Origin: Candidatus Poribacteria bacterium
GTDB lineage: Bacteria; Poribacteria; WGA-4E; WGA-3G
NCBI GenBank assembly: GCA_965214095.1
Contig: OZ243938.1
Location: 700,908-764,907 of the forward strand
Length of the DNA: 64,000 nucleotides
Direction: 5' to 3'
Positions 15,783-25,369 of this stretch are shown here, piece after piece; the stretch's first letter is position 1, and each line of letters starts with the position of its first letter. Under the pieces are notes generated by a model. It did no database searches and was not told the DNA's origin. It worked only from the letters and a program-made list of their open reading frames with translations. Both the position numbers and the translations under genes were made by a program.

Positions 15783-18131
15783 TTAGAACCGATTATCCAA
15801 ACTTATACTAACATTGAATCCAGGTGAGTTGACACCCGATCCGTGTTGACGATACCGTTTATCCAGTATATTATCAAAAGCCAATGTCAAATTTGTAGAA
15901 TCATTAAGATTTATTCCACCGCGCACATTGAGTGTCCACCATCCTGGGGTTCCTTGATCTATCGCAGCACCATTCACATCAAATTCAACTTCACCGGTAT
16001 CACGGGTTGTGCCTTGTATACGCGGATCACGTATATCACTTCTATTTAGTCTTCTTTGTGCGGCAGCCCCTCGCACGAATACTGTTCCCCAATACTGAGT
16101 ATCCGCTGGATCCCATTCAATACCGACTATTCCATTCAAAGGGGGTTCTCTCCGTGTTCGTGCTTCCCAAGGTTTCTCTGGGTCAGGTTCCACACCGTTA
16201 ATCAAGAGAACTGCTCCACGCAATATTGCAGCGTTACCATACAATGAAAACACAGAATTCATAGGAACGAATGCAGCCAATTCCACGCCTTGATACTGTG
16301 CTTCATCAACATTATCGAAGACGAGTACATCAATTCCTTCATATTCATCAATAAGATCTTGATGTAGTTGTGGGATTTCACCACCTTCATACGCCTCTGC
16401 AACAGGTTTTCTGACAACCAGACCGTTGATCCGACTATGGAATAGCGTCAATGAACCTCGAAAATGCTTGTGTTTTATCTTGAAACCACCCTCAGCAGTC
16501 CACGAAGTTTCTGCATCTAAGTCAGGACTGGGTGCAGTGATACCTTCGTTGGTAACCTCAACAGCAGTTGTGTCATTCAAAGATGGAGCACGAAACGCAG
16601 TTCCAAGGCTTCCCACCAAATTCACAAATTCAGTCAATCCAATCACAACACCTGCACTACCGGTCAAACTATTGTCAAATTTATTAAATTCTTCAAATTC
16701 ATCAGAACGCACGGATAGGTCTGCATAGGTATTATATACTGTCGCACGACCACCTAAGGTAAATTCTACTCTCTCATGAATCTGTATTTCATCTTGAAGA
16801 TAGATACTTGCATCCCAGAACTGAGAACCGTTAATAAAACGTCCTTTTTCTTCATCAACAGTTTCCTTTCCATTTTCTGTTGAAACAGTCCGACTCTGTA
16901 TCGTATCAAAGTAGAATTCACCACCACCGACTATCCGTTGTTTTGGTAAAACACTGCTGACGGCTTGTGCACTCAATCCTATTGTGTTCACAGTGTCGTA
17001 TCTATGTCTACGTTTTTCTGCATCAAGTTTTACTTCATTTCGTCCCTCTTTCTGTCTATTGAAAGAAGCAGTAAAACGTATCTTATCAAGGCTATCACCT
17101 TCAGGATTTGTTATGTAGTTTGCATAGAGAAGGTCACGGTTCTGTGGTTGAAAATAGAACTCCTCAAATTCACGAGGAGCAATTTTATCATATCGAGGCG
17201 TTTGCGGTTGTCTCCACATCTGATATGCGACATTCAATGTGCTTGTATCATTTAGTTTATAACCGATTTTTGCATTCACATCGACTGCACTCCAACTCAA
17301 AGGACCTTCAGTGTCAATGAGCCAATTATCTGGGATTTCTTCTTTATTCAGTCTATTTATCGTCTTGTAGTTATAGAGATCCACATCATTAGGTTTTGCA
17401 TCTACAATTTCATATTTCCGATTCTTATAGTGTAAGTCATATCCATTTCCGGGGTTGATGTCACCATATTCTCTGACACCGCCGCCAACGATGAAACCGA
17501 AATTTCCTTTGTTTCCTGTCAACTCCAATCGACCAAGACGTTCCTGAGTCGCCGTTGAGTAACGAGCGATGAGATGTGGACGGATATTCAGTTTGTGACT
17601 TATCAGATTGTTTTGTGATGGATTAATTGGCACATCTTTTGTGAAGTAACTTACAACACCTCCCATTGCGCCACTTCCATAGAGCATTGAGCTTGAACCA
17701 CGTAAAACTTCGGCACTTCCTAACATTTCAGGTGCAATGGTTGCTGCATATTGATTCGGTCCAGACCGAAATGTTGAATTGTTCAATCGTACCCAGTCAA
17801 CCTGTATCAAAGTTTGGTAGCCTGTTAGACTCCTAAGCATCGGTGAGCCTTGACCAACCGTTGTCTCTTGTGCAATGACCCCGACAACATCACGAAGGAT
17901 ATTGGACGCATGCTCTGCGTTTGTTCGTGCGATTTGATCTGATCCCAATATACTGATGGCATTTGGTGTATAAAATGGATCTTTTTCGGCACGGGTAGCA
18001 GTCACCGTAACTGTATCTAACTCAACTGCATTAGAATAGACAGAAACGTTCAATCCACTAATGAGTCCTATAAATATTAAAGATAATTGTAGTATTGCTT
18101 TTTTCATCATATTCTCCAGCGTGTCCAACAT
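15783..18131 (-). CDS. TonB-dependent outer-membrane receptor
   Basis: Signal peptide (the real start may be the MMKK Met at about 18110). Plug motifs are DTVTVTATRAEK and AEVLRGSSSMLYGSGAMGGVV. A long beta-barrel region ends in the terminal aromatic ...SISLDNRF. Confidence 0.85.
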   Translation of the reverse strand: MLDTLENMMKKAILQLSLIFIGLISGLNVSVYSNAVELDTVTVTATRAEKDPFYTPNAISILGSDQIARTNAEHASNILRDVVGVIAQETTVGQGSPMLRSLTGYQTLIQVDWVRLNNSTFRSGPNQYAATIAPEMLGSAEVLRGSSSMLYGSGAMGGVVSYFTKDVPINPSQNNLISHKLNIRPHLIARYSTATQERLGRLELTGNKGNFGFIVGGGVREYGDINPGNGYDLHYKNRKYEIVDAKPNDVDLYNYKTINRLNKEEIPDNWLIDTEGPLSWSAVDVNAKIGYKLNDTSTLNVAYQMWRQPQTPRYDKIAPREFEEFYFQPQNRDLLYANYITNPEGDSLDKIRFTASFNRQKEGRNEVKLDAEKRRHRYDTVNTIGLSAQAVSSVLPKQRIVGGGEFYFDTIQSRTVSTENGKETVDEEKGRFINGSQFWDASIYLQDEIQIHERVEFTLGGRATVYNTYADLSVRSDEFEEFNKFDNSLTGSAGVVIGLTEFVNLVGSLGTAFRAPSLNDTTAVEVTNEGITAPSPDLDAETSWTAEGGFKIKHKHFRGSLTLFHSRINGLVVRKPVAEAYEGGEIPQLHQDLIDEYEGIDVLVFDNVDEAQYQGVELAAFVPMNSVFSLYGNAAILRGAVLLINGVEPDPEKPWEARTRREPPLNGIVGIEWDPADTQYWGTVFVRGAAAQRRLNRSDIRDPRIQGTTRDTGEVEFDVNGAAIDQGTPGWWTLNVRGGINLNDSTNLTLAFDNILDKRYRQHGSGVNSPGFNVSISLDNRF

Positions 18132-18433
18132 ATTTCTTATTGTAATATAGAGTCATTTGTAAACTGCATAATGTATAGCAATTTATATGCCAACTTTTTC
18201 ACCTAAAAAATAATTGATTTCTGTTCAATTTGAAAACAGATGAATATAAATTGTTCATTTTCTGAACAGGTTCATTACTCAGCGATGTTCAATTGTTGAG
18301 ATTCTGTTTTGCTGAATCTCGGATATGCTCGGATTCCTCGGATTGCGCGGAGAATGTCCGAGGCATATTGAATTGCACTCGGTGAATGTGCATTAGTGAT
18401 TTGTCTGCCTTTATTTTAAGAGTAATATGATCG

Positions 18434-18453
18434 TAGGGGCGAGGTCACCTCGT
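18434..18453 (+). repeat. Single REP-like unit (GTAGG head plus CGAGGT-C-ACCTCG hairpin)
   Basis: GTAGGGGCGAGGTCACCTCG is read directly. It has the same head-plus-hairpin grammar as the other REP-like units. Confidence 0.45.
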
Positions 18454-18743
18454 CCTCTTCCAAATCACATACCCGTAATTTTAGTATGGACACTCCATTA
18501 GACAAACATATCTGATTATTTTATAGTTAGACAAAATTTCAAAGAATTAGAGAATGGAAAATTATTCCCAAAAATATGGTAACAAATACAGAAAAATGGA
18601 CGTTAAAAATCTTAAGTGATAAAGAGCAATAAACTGTGAAACATGTCTTGAAAAAGTCAATATATAATAACTTAACATACATTCTATAGTCCAGTCCATA
18701 AAAGAACATCTAAATTTCATAATGCAGACATCCTTTTTATTAG

Positions 18744-19118
18744 GTGGTATTTATGCAAAAAGCATTTCTTATTATTTGTGTCTACTTCATTGTGTTCGTG
18801 TTTTTGGGAATCTTGTGGTATTATCCTGTGATGCCGTTTCTTTTCTATAACACACTTGCGGATGCTGAAATGAAACATCAGATGGAAGACGATTTGATTG
18901 AATACTATGGAATTGTCAACGAAACACACCAACTGGCGAGAAAAGGTGCAGTTCTTTCTTTTCAAGAAAAAGTTGTATTATTCATAACTCCCGGTGGTGA
19001 ATACGGTTTTTTGCTGTTTCCTATAGTTGGTATTCTATGGGGATTGTGGCGTGGTCTTGCCTTCCATTTCCGTACGAGGAAAGAGATTCCTGTCACGCAA
19101 ACACCACACACTGTCTAA
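18744..19118 (+). CDS. Hypothetical small membrane protein
   Basis: 124-aa ORF with two or three hydrophobic helices (FLIICVYFIVFVFLGILWYY, FLLFPIVGILWGLW). No recognisable motif, and coding status is uncertain. Confidence 0.35.
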   Translation: MVFMQKAFLIICVYFIVFVFLGILWYYPVMPFLFYNTLADAEMKHQMEDDLIEYYGIVNETHQLARKGAVLSFQEKVVLFITPGGEYGFLLFPIVGILWGLWRGLAFHFRTRKEIPVTQTPHTV

Positions 19119-19293
19119 ACATACAACACATTTACACGTACAGGTATCCAGTTGACGCGTTTTCATATCTGAGAACGCCACGGGTTTACAGATTGGTACG
19201 ACTGCAAATCTTTTTGTATTAAATCGGGTTAGAAACCCCTCCAACAAGAGTATTTAGTGGCAATTAAATCCCTTAAATTGCACGCCTTTTCTC

Positions 19294-19322
19294 TTGTGTT
19301 TCCGCATGAATCGTGGTATAAT
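19294..19322 (+). promoter_or_regulatory. Candidate sigma70-type promoter upstream of the pyrK-like gene
   Basis: TTGTGT, a 17-nt spacer, then an extended -10 TGgTATAAT (TATAAT at 19317-19322), about 100 nt upstream of the ATG at 19424. This is a pattern match only. Confidence 0.3.
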
Positions 19323-19423
19323 GACAGAACTAAAAATTATCGAATTATACGACAATACGCAAGAAATCGTAGTTCCTAACCAAGTTTTCCTTGAAATGAT
19401 CTGTCTGTAATCTAATTCCACTC

Positions 19424-20215
19424 ATGCATACTTATGATACTCATACCACTATCCTGTCAAATGAGAGAGTTGCGGAAGATCATTACTTGTTACGTTGTGA
19501 GTGTTCTGATATAGCACAACATGCACAACCAGGGCAATTCATACATGTCCTGATTTCAAACGGAACAGGACTTTTACTCCGTCGTCCATTTACGATATAT
19601 ACGGTTGATGGTAGACATATAACAATGTTATATCAGATCATTGGGGAAGGGACACAGTGCCTTTCTGAGCTACCAAGTGGAGCATCCATACAGGTGTTGG
19701 GACCGCTTGGTAATACGTTTGACATTGCAGATAATCCTGCGATTTTAGTTGGTGGGGGTGCTGGTATAGCATCCCTCATGTTGCTTGCTGTTTCATTACG
19801 GACACAAGGCATAAAGACATTAGGATTAATAGGGGCGCAACACAGCGATAGATTGCTCAGTGTTGATGATTTGGAAGCAATTGGTGTGTCTGTACATATT
19901 GCCACGGATGATGGGAGTGTTGGACATCACGGGTTCGTTACTGATATTCTAACTGATATCTTAGATAAGAATGGTTTGAAGAATCCGACAATCTATGCTT
20001 GCGGACCACACGGCATGCTCGCTGCGGTAAGCCAGATAACATCTAAATTCGGTGTGCGAACACAAGTTGCAATGGAAAATCGGATGGGATGTGCTATGGG
20101 TGTATGTCTTGGTTGTGTATGTCCTGTCCGTATTAGAGAGAACCGGGTAGAATATCAACGTGTTTGCACTGAAGGACCTGTCTTCAATGCCACTGAAATC
20201 GCATGGGAAATATAA
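19424..20215 (+). CDS. pyrK: PyrK-like FAD/[2Fe-2S] electron-transfer subunit (dihydroorotate dehydrogenase B type)
   Basis: LRRPFTIY FAD-binding motif, GGGAGIASL nucleotide-binding loop, and the C-terminal cluster MGCAMGVCLGCVCPV...VCTEGPVF. Confidence 0.7.
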   Translation: MHTYDTHTTILSNERVAEDHYLLRCECSDIAQHAQPGQFIHVLISNGTGLLLRRPFTIYTVDGRHITMLYQIIGEGTQCLSELPSGASIQVLGPLGNTFDIADNPAILVGGGAGIASLMLLAVSLRTQGIKTLGLIGAQHSDRLLSVDDLEAIGVSVHIATDDGSVGHHGFVTDILTDILDKNGLKNPTIYACGPHGMLAAVSQITSKFGVRTQVAMENRMGCAMGVCLGCVCPVRIRENRVEYQRVCTEGPVFNATEIAWEI

Positions 20216-21303
20216 CAAACAAAATGAAACTAACATTCTATCAGAGAATCACAGAAATTAGCCTAAAAGGTGAGTTACTTTCGAATGCTTGTTGTGAAAA
20301 GATATTATCAGCATCGGAAGTGGAATTACTTCCTCTATTAGACGCTGCGTACCAAGTTCGCAAAAAATATTTTCAGAATACTGTGCAGCTGCACATTCTC
20401 AATAATGCACAGAACGGTAATTGTCCAGAGGACTGTCACTATTGCGTGCAAGCAAAGACTGCAACAACAGATATTGATACTTATTCCTTAAAACCGATGT
20501 CAGAGATTCTCGCTGAAGCGGAACAGGCTTATAAATCTGGAGCATACCGTTACTGTATTGTGATGAGCGGCAGAGGACCTAATTCAAAGAAAGTTAAACA
20601 ACTGTCACAAATAATCCAAACAGTCAAAGACCGTTTCCCTATTGAAGTGTGTCTATCTGTCGGACTGATCGATGAACCGGCTGCCCAAACATTAAAAGAA
20701 GCAGGACTGGACAGATTGAATCACAATCTCAACACATCTGAATCCCACTATCCAAATATCTGTAACACGCATACATATCAAGATAGGATGGATACATTGC
20801 ATGCTGCACAATCGGCAGGACTCGCATGCTGTTCAGGTGTAATTGTAGGTATGGGTGAGGATAACAGTGATCTGATTAGTGTTGCTAAAGAACTCCAAAG
20901 ATTAGAAGTTGCCTCAATTCCAGTCAACTTTTTTCTACCTATTGCTGGCACGCAGGTTCAGGATACCCAATCATTAACACCAGATTATTGCCTACGAGTA
21001 TTGTGTTTGTATCGATTCCTGAATCCAACAGCAGAGGTAAGGGTTGCTGCAGGACGGGAACATCATTTGCGTGGTATGGAGGTAATGTCGCTATATCCTG
21101 CGAATTCAATGTTCATAGATGGGTACCTGAACGCAAAAGGGAAGGAAGCATCTCGGACACTTCAGATGATAAAGGATGCTGGATTTACAATTGAAACAAA
21201 CGGGAATATATCTGAATTCCTTCAACATCCCCAGAATGAACAAGTAGATGTACCGCTAAAAGAACTTGAAGTGCTTCGCCCGCGTATTGAATACAATGCA
21301 TAA
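20203..21303 (+). CDS. bioB: Biotin synthase-like radical SAM enzyme
   Basis: CPEDCHYCVQ (CxxxCxxC), YCIVMSGRGP and LNHNLNTSESHYPNICNTHTYQDRMDTL closely follow BioB motifs. The start may be the ATG at 20224 rather than 20203. Confidence 0.7.
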   Translation: MGNITNKMKLTFYQRITEISLKGELLSNACCEKILSASEVELLPLLDAAYQVRKKYFQNTVQLHILNNAQNGNCPEDCHYCVQAKTATTDIDTYSLKPMSEILAEAEQAYKSGAYRYCIVMSGRGPNSKKVKQLSQIIQTVKDRFPIEVCLSVGLIDEPAAQTLKEAGLDRLNHNLNTSESHYPNICNTHTYQDRMDTLHAAQSAGLACCSGVIVGMGEDNSDLISVAKELQRLEVASIPVNFFLPIAGTQVQDTQSLTPDYCLRVLCLYRFLNPTAEVRVAAGREHHLRGMEVMSLYPANSMFIDGYLNAKGKEASRTLQMIKDAGFTIETNGNISEFLQHPQNEQVDVPLKELEVLRPRIEYNA

Positions 21304-21384
21304 TGAATAGCAATAGCAGTTGTATCTTCTTTTTTAGGATCCATTTGACACACCATCTTTATTTTTCTCTTGTTCTCTATTCCT

Positions 21385-23352
21385 TCATGCCTCTTCAATA
21401 ATGGAATCTTTGTCTGGCCATATTTGACAGAAATAATTAAATAAAATTTCTGTTCGCTCGTGAATTGCTGCTTCTATGTCAGAGTCGTTATTATTCTTTA
21501 TTTCCCGTAATTCTTGGTTTAATTTAAGAATTGATCCATCAAAAGACGTGACCTTTTCTTCAAGAAAGGTAAAGTTACCCAAAATATTAAATGCTGATGA
21601 GTTTGGATCAGATAGAATACGTTTTGGTTCATAAGACGAGAACTTCTCAAAATCTAACTCATTTTTATTGTCTCTGTCAATATGTTTTTCAATTCGATAG
21701 AAGGTATAACTTAGCACAAATACGGCTCGATGTTGAATTGAAAGAAAATCTTGCTCGCGCACTTCATCCATGATTCCCTGCAAGTCTATTGTATGTAAAC
21801 GGTCCTTTATATTTCGTAAACCGAACAACTTTATCTCATCTTCATTTGGCCATTCTTTCCCAGCTCGAGATTCTCGCCAATCACTGAAATCTAGACAATC
21901 AACAAACTTTCGCATAGTGAACCTTGACTTTTTATTTGACGGTTCAACTAATTCAAGAAAGAAGACATCTACTTGATCATATACTTTTTTATCTTCAAAA
22001 TCCAATCCTCCAGGGTAGAATAACAAACGACGCATTATACGTGACTCTAAACTCTTATAAACCAACTTCAATTCATTATCAGATATTCTTAACTCATTTT
22101 TTAAGTGAAGGACAAAAGGAAGGACAAAGGGAAGAAAACTTTGAATTCTGAGATCTCTATAAAATTGCATGCGGATACCAATTTCTGAGTAATCATCAAT
22201 TTTATCATCGGAACTAGGATTAGCATTCTTATAGTCTTCACGATAACCATTCAATTCGCTGAATTCTTGATTAATGAATTCCACATCACTGAATTCTTGT
22301 TCAACATTCTTGTTTTTTAATTTCCTCAAGTATTGATCCTGATATACCTCAAATTCTTTTTTATTTTTTTCACCTTTTCGATCAGGTTCAAAACACTTAG
22401 GTCCCAATTTCGCAATGAGAAAGGTCTTTAAAAACTCTTCCAATCTTTCCATAGTCCAGTACTTACGGTTATTCTCAAAATGCCAATACTCCTCATAGAA
22501 AAGGGTCCTATAGGTTCTTTTTTCCTCTCCCTCTTCTTCCAGTCTTCCGGCGCGTAAGAAAAGGTTATTTCTGAGATAATCAAACTCTGAAAGTTTTCTC
22601 CCGGTCGCATTAATCGATTCAAAAATTTTCTCGGACTTCTCATTACCCTCAAGTTCTATCTTAACGACAGTAAATTTGTTTTGGATAGTAGCAAGCAGAT
22701 CGTCTAATTTACGAAAATCAAAATCCTTTTCCATGTACCCCCTAATCCACTCATAGAAATAGTCATAGGCTTGAAAAACGTTTACCCTGAGATCTTCGAG
22801 ATTATCTGAAAGATTTTCGGGATTATCTGATAAATCAAACTTGATTTGACTTAACTTAGCGGGGACTAGACAATTTGTCTCTTCATCAAATGCGTCAGGG
22901 ATAAGTTTACCATATTCTCCCTTGACAACTTTTTCAAATTCTTCTCCATCGTACTCTGTGAGAACTAATTTATATCTAGCCTCCTCGGAATAACGACTTA
23001 TGGTATCATCTCTGTTCACTATAAGTGCGTTTGCGCCTTGCATTTGAGCATCATGCCCGTTAGATTGAAATATATCTCTAATAACACAAAGAATAATTTG
23101 AAAAGTTGTAAGGCGTTGCTGTCCATCAATCACTTCAAGACTGCTTACTGTGTCCGGGTCAGACATCGGTTCGATGACAATAATACCTGTGAAATGTGTG
23201 TTGTCAGTATCCTTGATTTGTGCAAGGATATCTCTCCATAACGCTTCCCAATTCGGTACATCCCAAACATAACGCCGTTGGTAAATAGGAACCTTATATT
23301 GCACAGGGCTACTAAACATATCATTTAAATTAACACTTGCTTTTGAATTCAT
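21385..23352 (-). CDS. DUF262 (GmrS/ParB-like) domain protein, 655 aa, with a degenerate DUF1524-like tail
   Basis: VPIYQRRYVW, VIDGQQRLTT and FESINATGRKLSEFDYLRNNLF are the three hallmark DUF262 motifs. The C-terminal YEPKRILSD...ILGNFTFLEEKV resembles the DUF1524 EHIxP...IGNLxLL pattern but lacks the His. Confidence 0.75.
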   Translation of the reverse strand: MNSKASVNLNDMFSSPVQYKVPIYQRRYVWDVPNWEALWRDILAQIKDTDNTHFTGIIVIEPMSDPDTVSSLEVIDGQQRLTTFQIILCVIRDIFQSNGHDAQMQGANALIVNRDDTISRYSEEARYKLVLTEYDGEEFEKVVKGEYGKLIPDAFDEETNCLVPAKLSQIKFDLSDNPENLSDNLEDLRVNVFQAYDYFYEWIRGYMEKDFDFRKLDDLLATIQNKFTVVKIELEGNEKSEKIFESINATGRKLSEFDYLRNNLFLRAGRLEEEGEEKRTYRTLFYEEYWHFENNRKYWTMERLEEFLKTFLIAKLGPKCFEPDRKGEKNKKEFEVYQDQYLRKLKNKNVEQEFSDVEFINQEFSELNGYREDYKNANPSSDDKIDDYSEIGIRMQFYRDLRIQSFLPFVLPFVLHLKNELRISDNELKLVYKSLESRIMRRLLFYPGGLDFEDKKVYDQVDVFFLELVEPSNKKSRFTMRKFVDCLDFSDWRESRAGKEWPNEDEIKLFGLRNIKDRLHTIDLQGIMDEVREQDFLSIQHRAVFVLSYTFYRIEKHIDRDNKNELDFEKFSSYEPKRILSDPNSSAFNILGNFTFLEEKVTSFDGSILKLNQELREIKNNNDSDIEAAIHERTEILFNYFCQIWPDKDSIIEEA

Positions 23353-23390
23353 TCCTAAATTCTCTTATTCACTTTTTCTTTATTCTTGAT

Positions 23391-25118
23391 CTAATAAAGT
23401 TCAGGCCATACCTCATTAAAATCTTGTATAAGTTGTTCTTCAATTCCTTGACTTGATAAATAATTTGTAATATCTGTTATTAAACTCTCAAGATCCTCCC
23501 AACTAAGGTTTCTCAGGTCCATCATTTGATCTTCTGAAATAATTTTATTCAGCACGTACTTAACAAACTCAGCGTTTCTATTCTTATATACAGATATCTC
23601 CCAAAACGCATGCCGAACTGCGTTATTACTTATATCTATTTCCCGATTACTATGAAGGAGACATTCTATGAACGAGTTTTTGCAGAAGGGGGTACCGACA
23701 GCCTTACTAAAGCAGGACTCTATAGTCTTAAAACAACTCTCTTTTATATCTGCATGGGTGTGTCCATCCCTTTCGAGAACAAGCAAACTCCTAATTATAT
23801 ATGACTCCAATATTTTCGTAGCATCAGAAAGTTGCGCACTATTAGTATGTTCTACGAATAGTAAAAATGAATCTAAATAACGAAAACTAAGGTCATCACA
23901 AAAATTCTTGTAGTTTTCAAATACTTGCGAACTTTGTAACTCTCGAAAAGATTTTGCCCATAGATTTAATTGTTTGAATTCATGCTCGATTTTGTTTTTA
24001 GCAGATGAGTGTGTCTTATCTAAACCTTTACTGTATCTTCGATATAATTCAGATGATTTTATATTTTTTGGCTCAAAACAGTTGGGACCAAGCTTTGCTT
24101 TGAGAAACACACTGAAAAACTTATCAAGCGTTTCTGTAGTCCAGTAACTGCGATTTTCTTTTTTGTCAAAGTAGTGCCAATAGTTCGTATAGAAAATATC
24201 CGTATAAAGTTTCCGACTACCTTCGTCTAATCCCAAGTTGCTGGCACGTAGGAAAAGATTGTTTCTGAGGTAATCAAACTGCGAAAGCATTTGTCCCGTA
24301 GCATTGAGCGATTCAAATATCTCCTCCGACTTATCCCTTCGATCAAGTTGATCAAGATCTATTATAGCAAAAGTAAATTGATTCTTGATAGTGTCGAGCA
24401 GATCGTCTAATTTTTTGAAATCAAAATCCTTTTCCATATAACCTTTAATCCACTTATAGAAGTAGTTATAGGCTTTAAGGACGTTCTTACTAAGATCTTC
24501 TGGCTTGAGAGATACCTCAGATATGATTTCACTTAATTTATCGGAGTCTATGTGTCCGGATGTTTCATCAAATGCATTAGGGATACGTTCATCATATTTT
24601 CCCTTAACTACTACCTCAAATTCATCTTTATCGTATTCTATAGGAACGAATTTATATCTAGCCTCCTCGGAATAGCGACTTATGGTATCATCTCTGTTCA
24701 CTATAAGTGCGTTTGCACCTTGCATTTGAGCATCATGCCCGTTAGATTGAAATATATCTCTAATAACACAAAGAATAATTTGAAAAGTTGTAAGGCGTTG
24801 CTGTCCATCAATCACTTCAAAACTCTTTAAGTTTTTTTCATGAATAGGGCGTGTAACTATAATGCCTGTGAAATGTTTTCTAGCACCTTCTTTGTCAGGT
24901 GTTAAGTTTGGTATGATCTCGGGCTGTTCGCTTTCTTGGCAACTGAATTTTCCTTCCGAATCTTCTATCAGTTCTAATCCTAACTGAGCAAGGATGTCTC
25001 TCCATAGTCTTTCCCAATTTACTTTATTCCAGATGTAACGCCTTTGAAAAAGAGGCACCTGATATTGCACAGGCGTATCAAAAAATCTATTTAAGTCAAC
25101 GCCAGCTTCTATGTTCAT
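23391..25118 (-). CDS. DUF262 (GmrS/ParB-like) domain protein, 575 aa, no nuclease-like tail seen
   Basis: VPLFQRRYIW, VIDGQQRLTT and FESLNATGQMLSQFDYLRNNLF. It has an acidic insertion of about 40 aa between motifs 1 and 2. It is a paralogue of the downstream gene. Confidence 0.75.
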   Translation of the reverse strand: MNIEAGVDLNRFFDTPVQYQVPLFQRRYIWNKVNWERLWRDILAQLGLELIEDSEGKFSCQESEQPEIIPNLTPDKEGARKHFTGIIVTRPIHEKNLKSFEVIDGQQRLTTFQIILCVIRDIFQSNGHDAQMQGANALIVNRDDTISRYSEEARYKFVPIEYDKDEFEVVVKGKYDERIPNAFDETSGHIDSDKLSEIISEVSLKPEDLSKNVLKAYNYFYKWIKGYMEKDFDFKKLDDLLDTIKNQFTFAIIDLDQLDRRDKSEEIFESLNATGQMLSQFDYLRNNLFLRASNLGLDEGSRKLYTDIFYTNYWHYFDKKENRSYWTTETLDKFFSVFLKAKLGPNCFEPKNIKSSELYRRYSKGLDKTHSSAKNKIEHEFKQLNLWAKSFRELQSSQVFENYKNFCDDLSFRYLDSFLLFVEHTNSAQLSDATKILESYIIRSLLVLERDGHTHADIKESCFKTIESCFSKAVGTPFCKNSFIECLLHSNREIDISNNAVRHAFWEISVYKNRNAEFVKYVLNKIISEDQMMDLRNLSWEDLESLITDITNYLSSQGIEEQLIQDFNEVWPELY

Positions 25119-25218
25119 CTCTGAAACTCCAATATAACGAATAAAATTGGACTATATGACATATTAAAGGAAATACATACAACTTTTTCACATTGGGTTT
25201 ATATTACCATTTTATTTG

Positions 25219-25247
25219 AGTATAACATATTTTGTATGTTTTTACAA
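25219..25247 (-). promoter_or_regulatory. Candidate sigma70-type promoter for the DUF262 pair
   Basis: On the minus strand, TTGTAA, a 17-nt spacer, then TATACT, about 100 nt upstream of the start at 25118. Such matches are frequent by chance in AT-rich DNA. Confidence 0.25.
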
Positions 25248-25369
25248 ATTAAAATTGATTAAACCCTGCACAAGTTATTTAAATTAAGCATTTAATCCAT
25301 TTTTTTCGCTGAACAAAGTAAAACATGCAGATCTATCCACAAATTACGTGTTGCGAATGTGTTGCGAAT

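Noticed and set aside
18132-18743. Riboswitch (for example cobalamin or TPP) in the long leader of the TonB-dependent receptor.
   Set aside because: I could not find a B12 box or other recognisable riboswitch core by eye. There is only a REP-like hairpin and short CTCGGAT repeats. A covariance-model scan would be needed.
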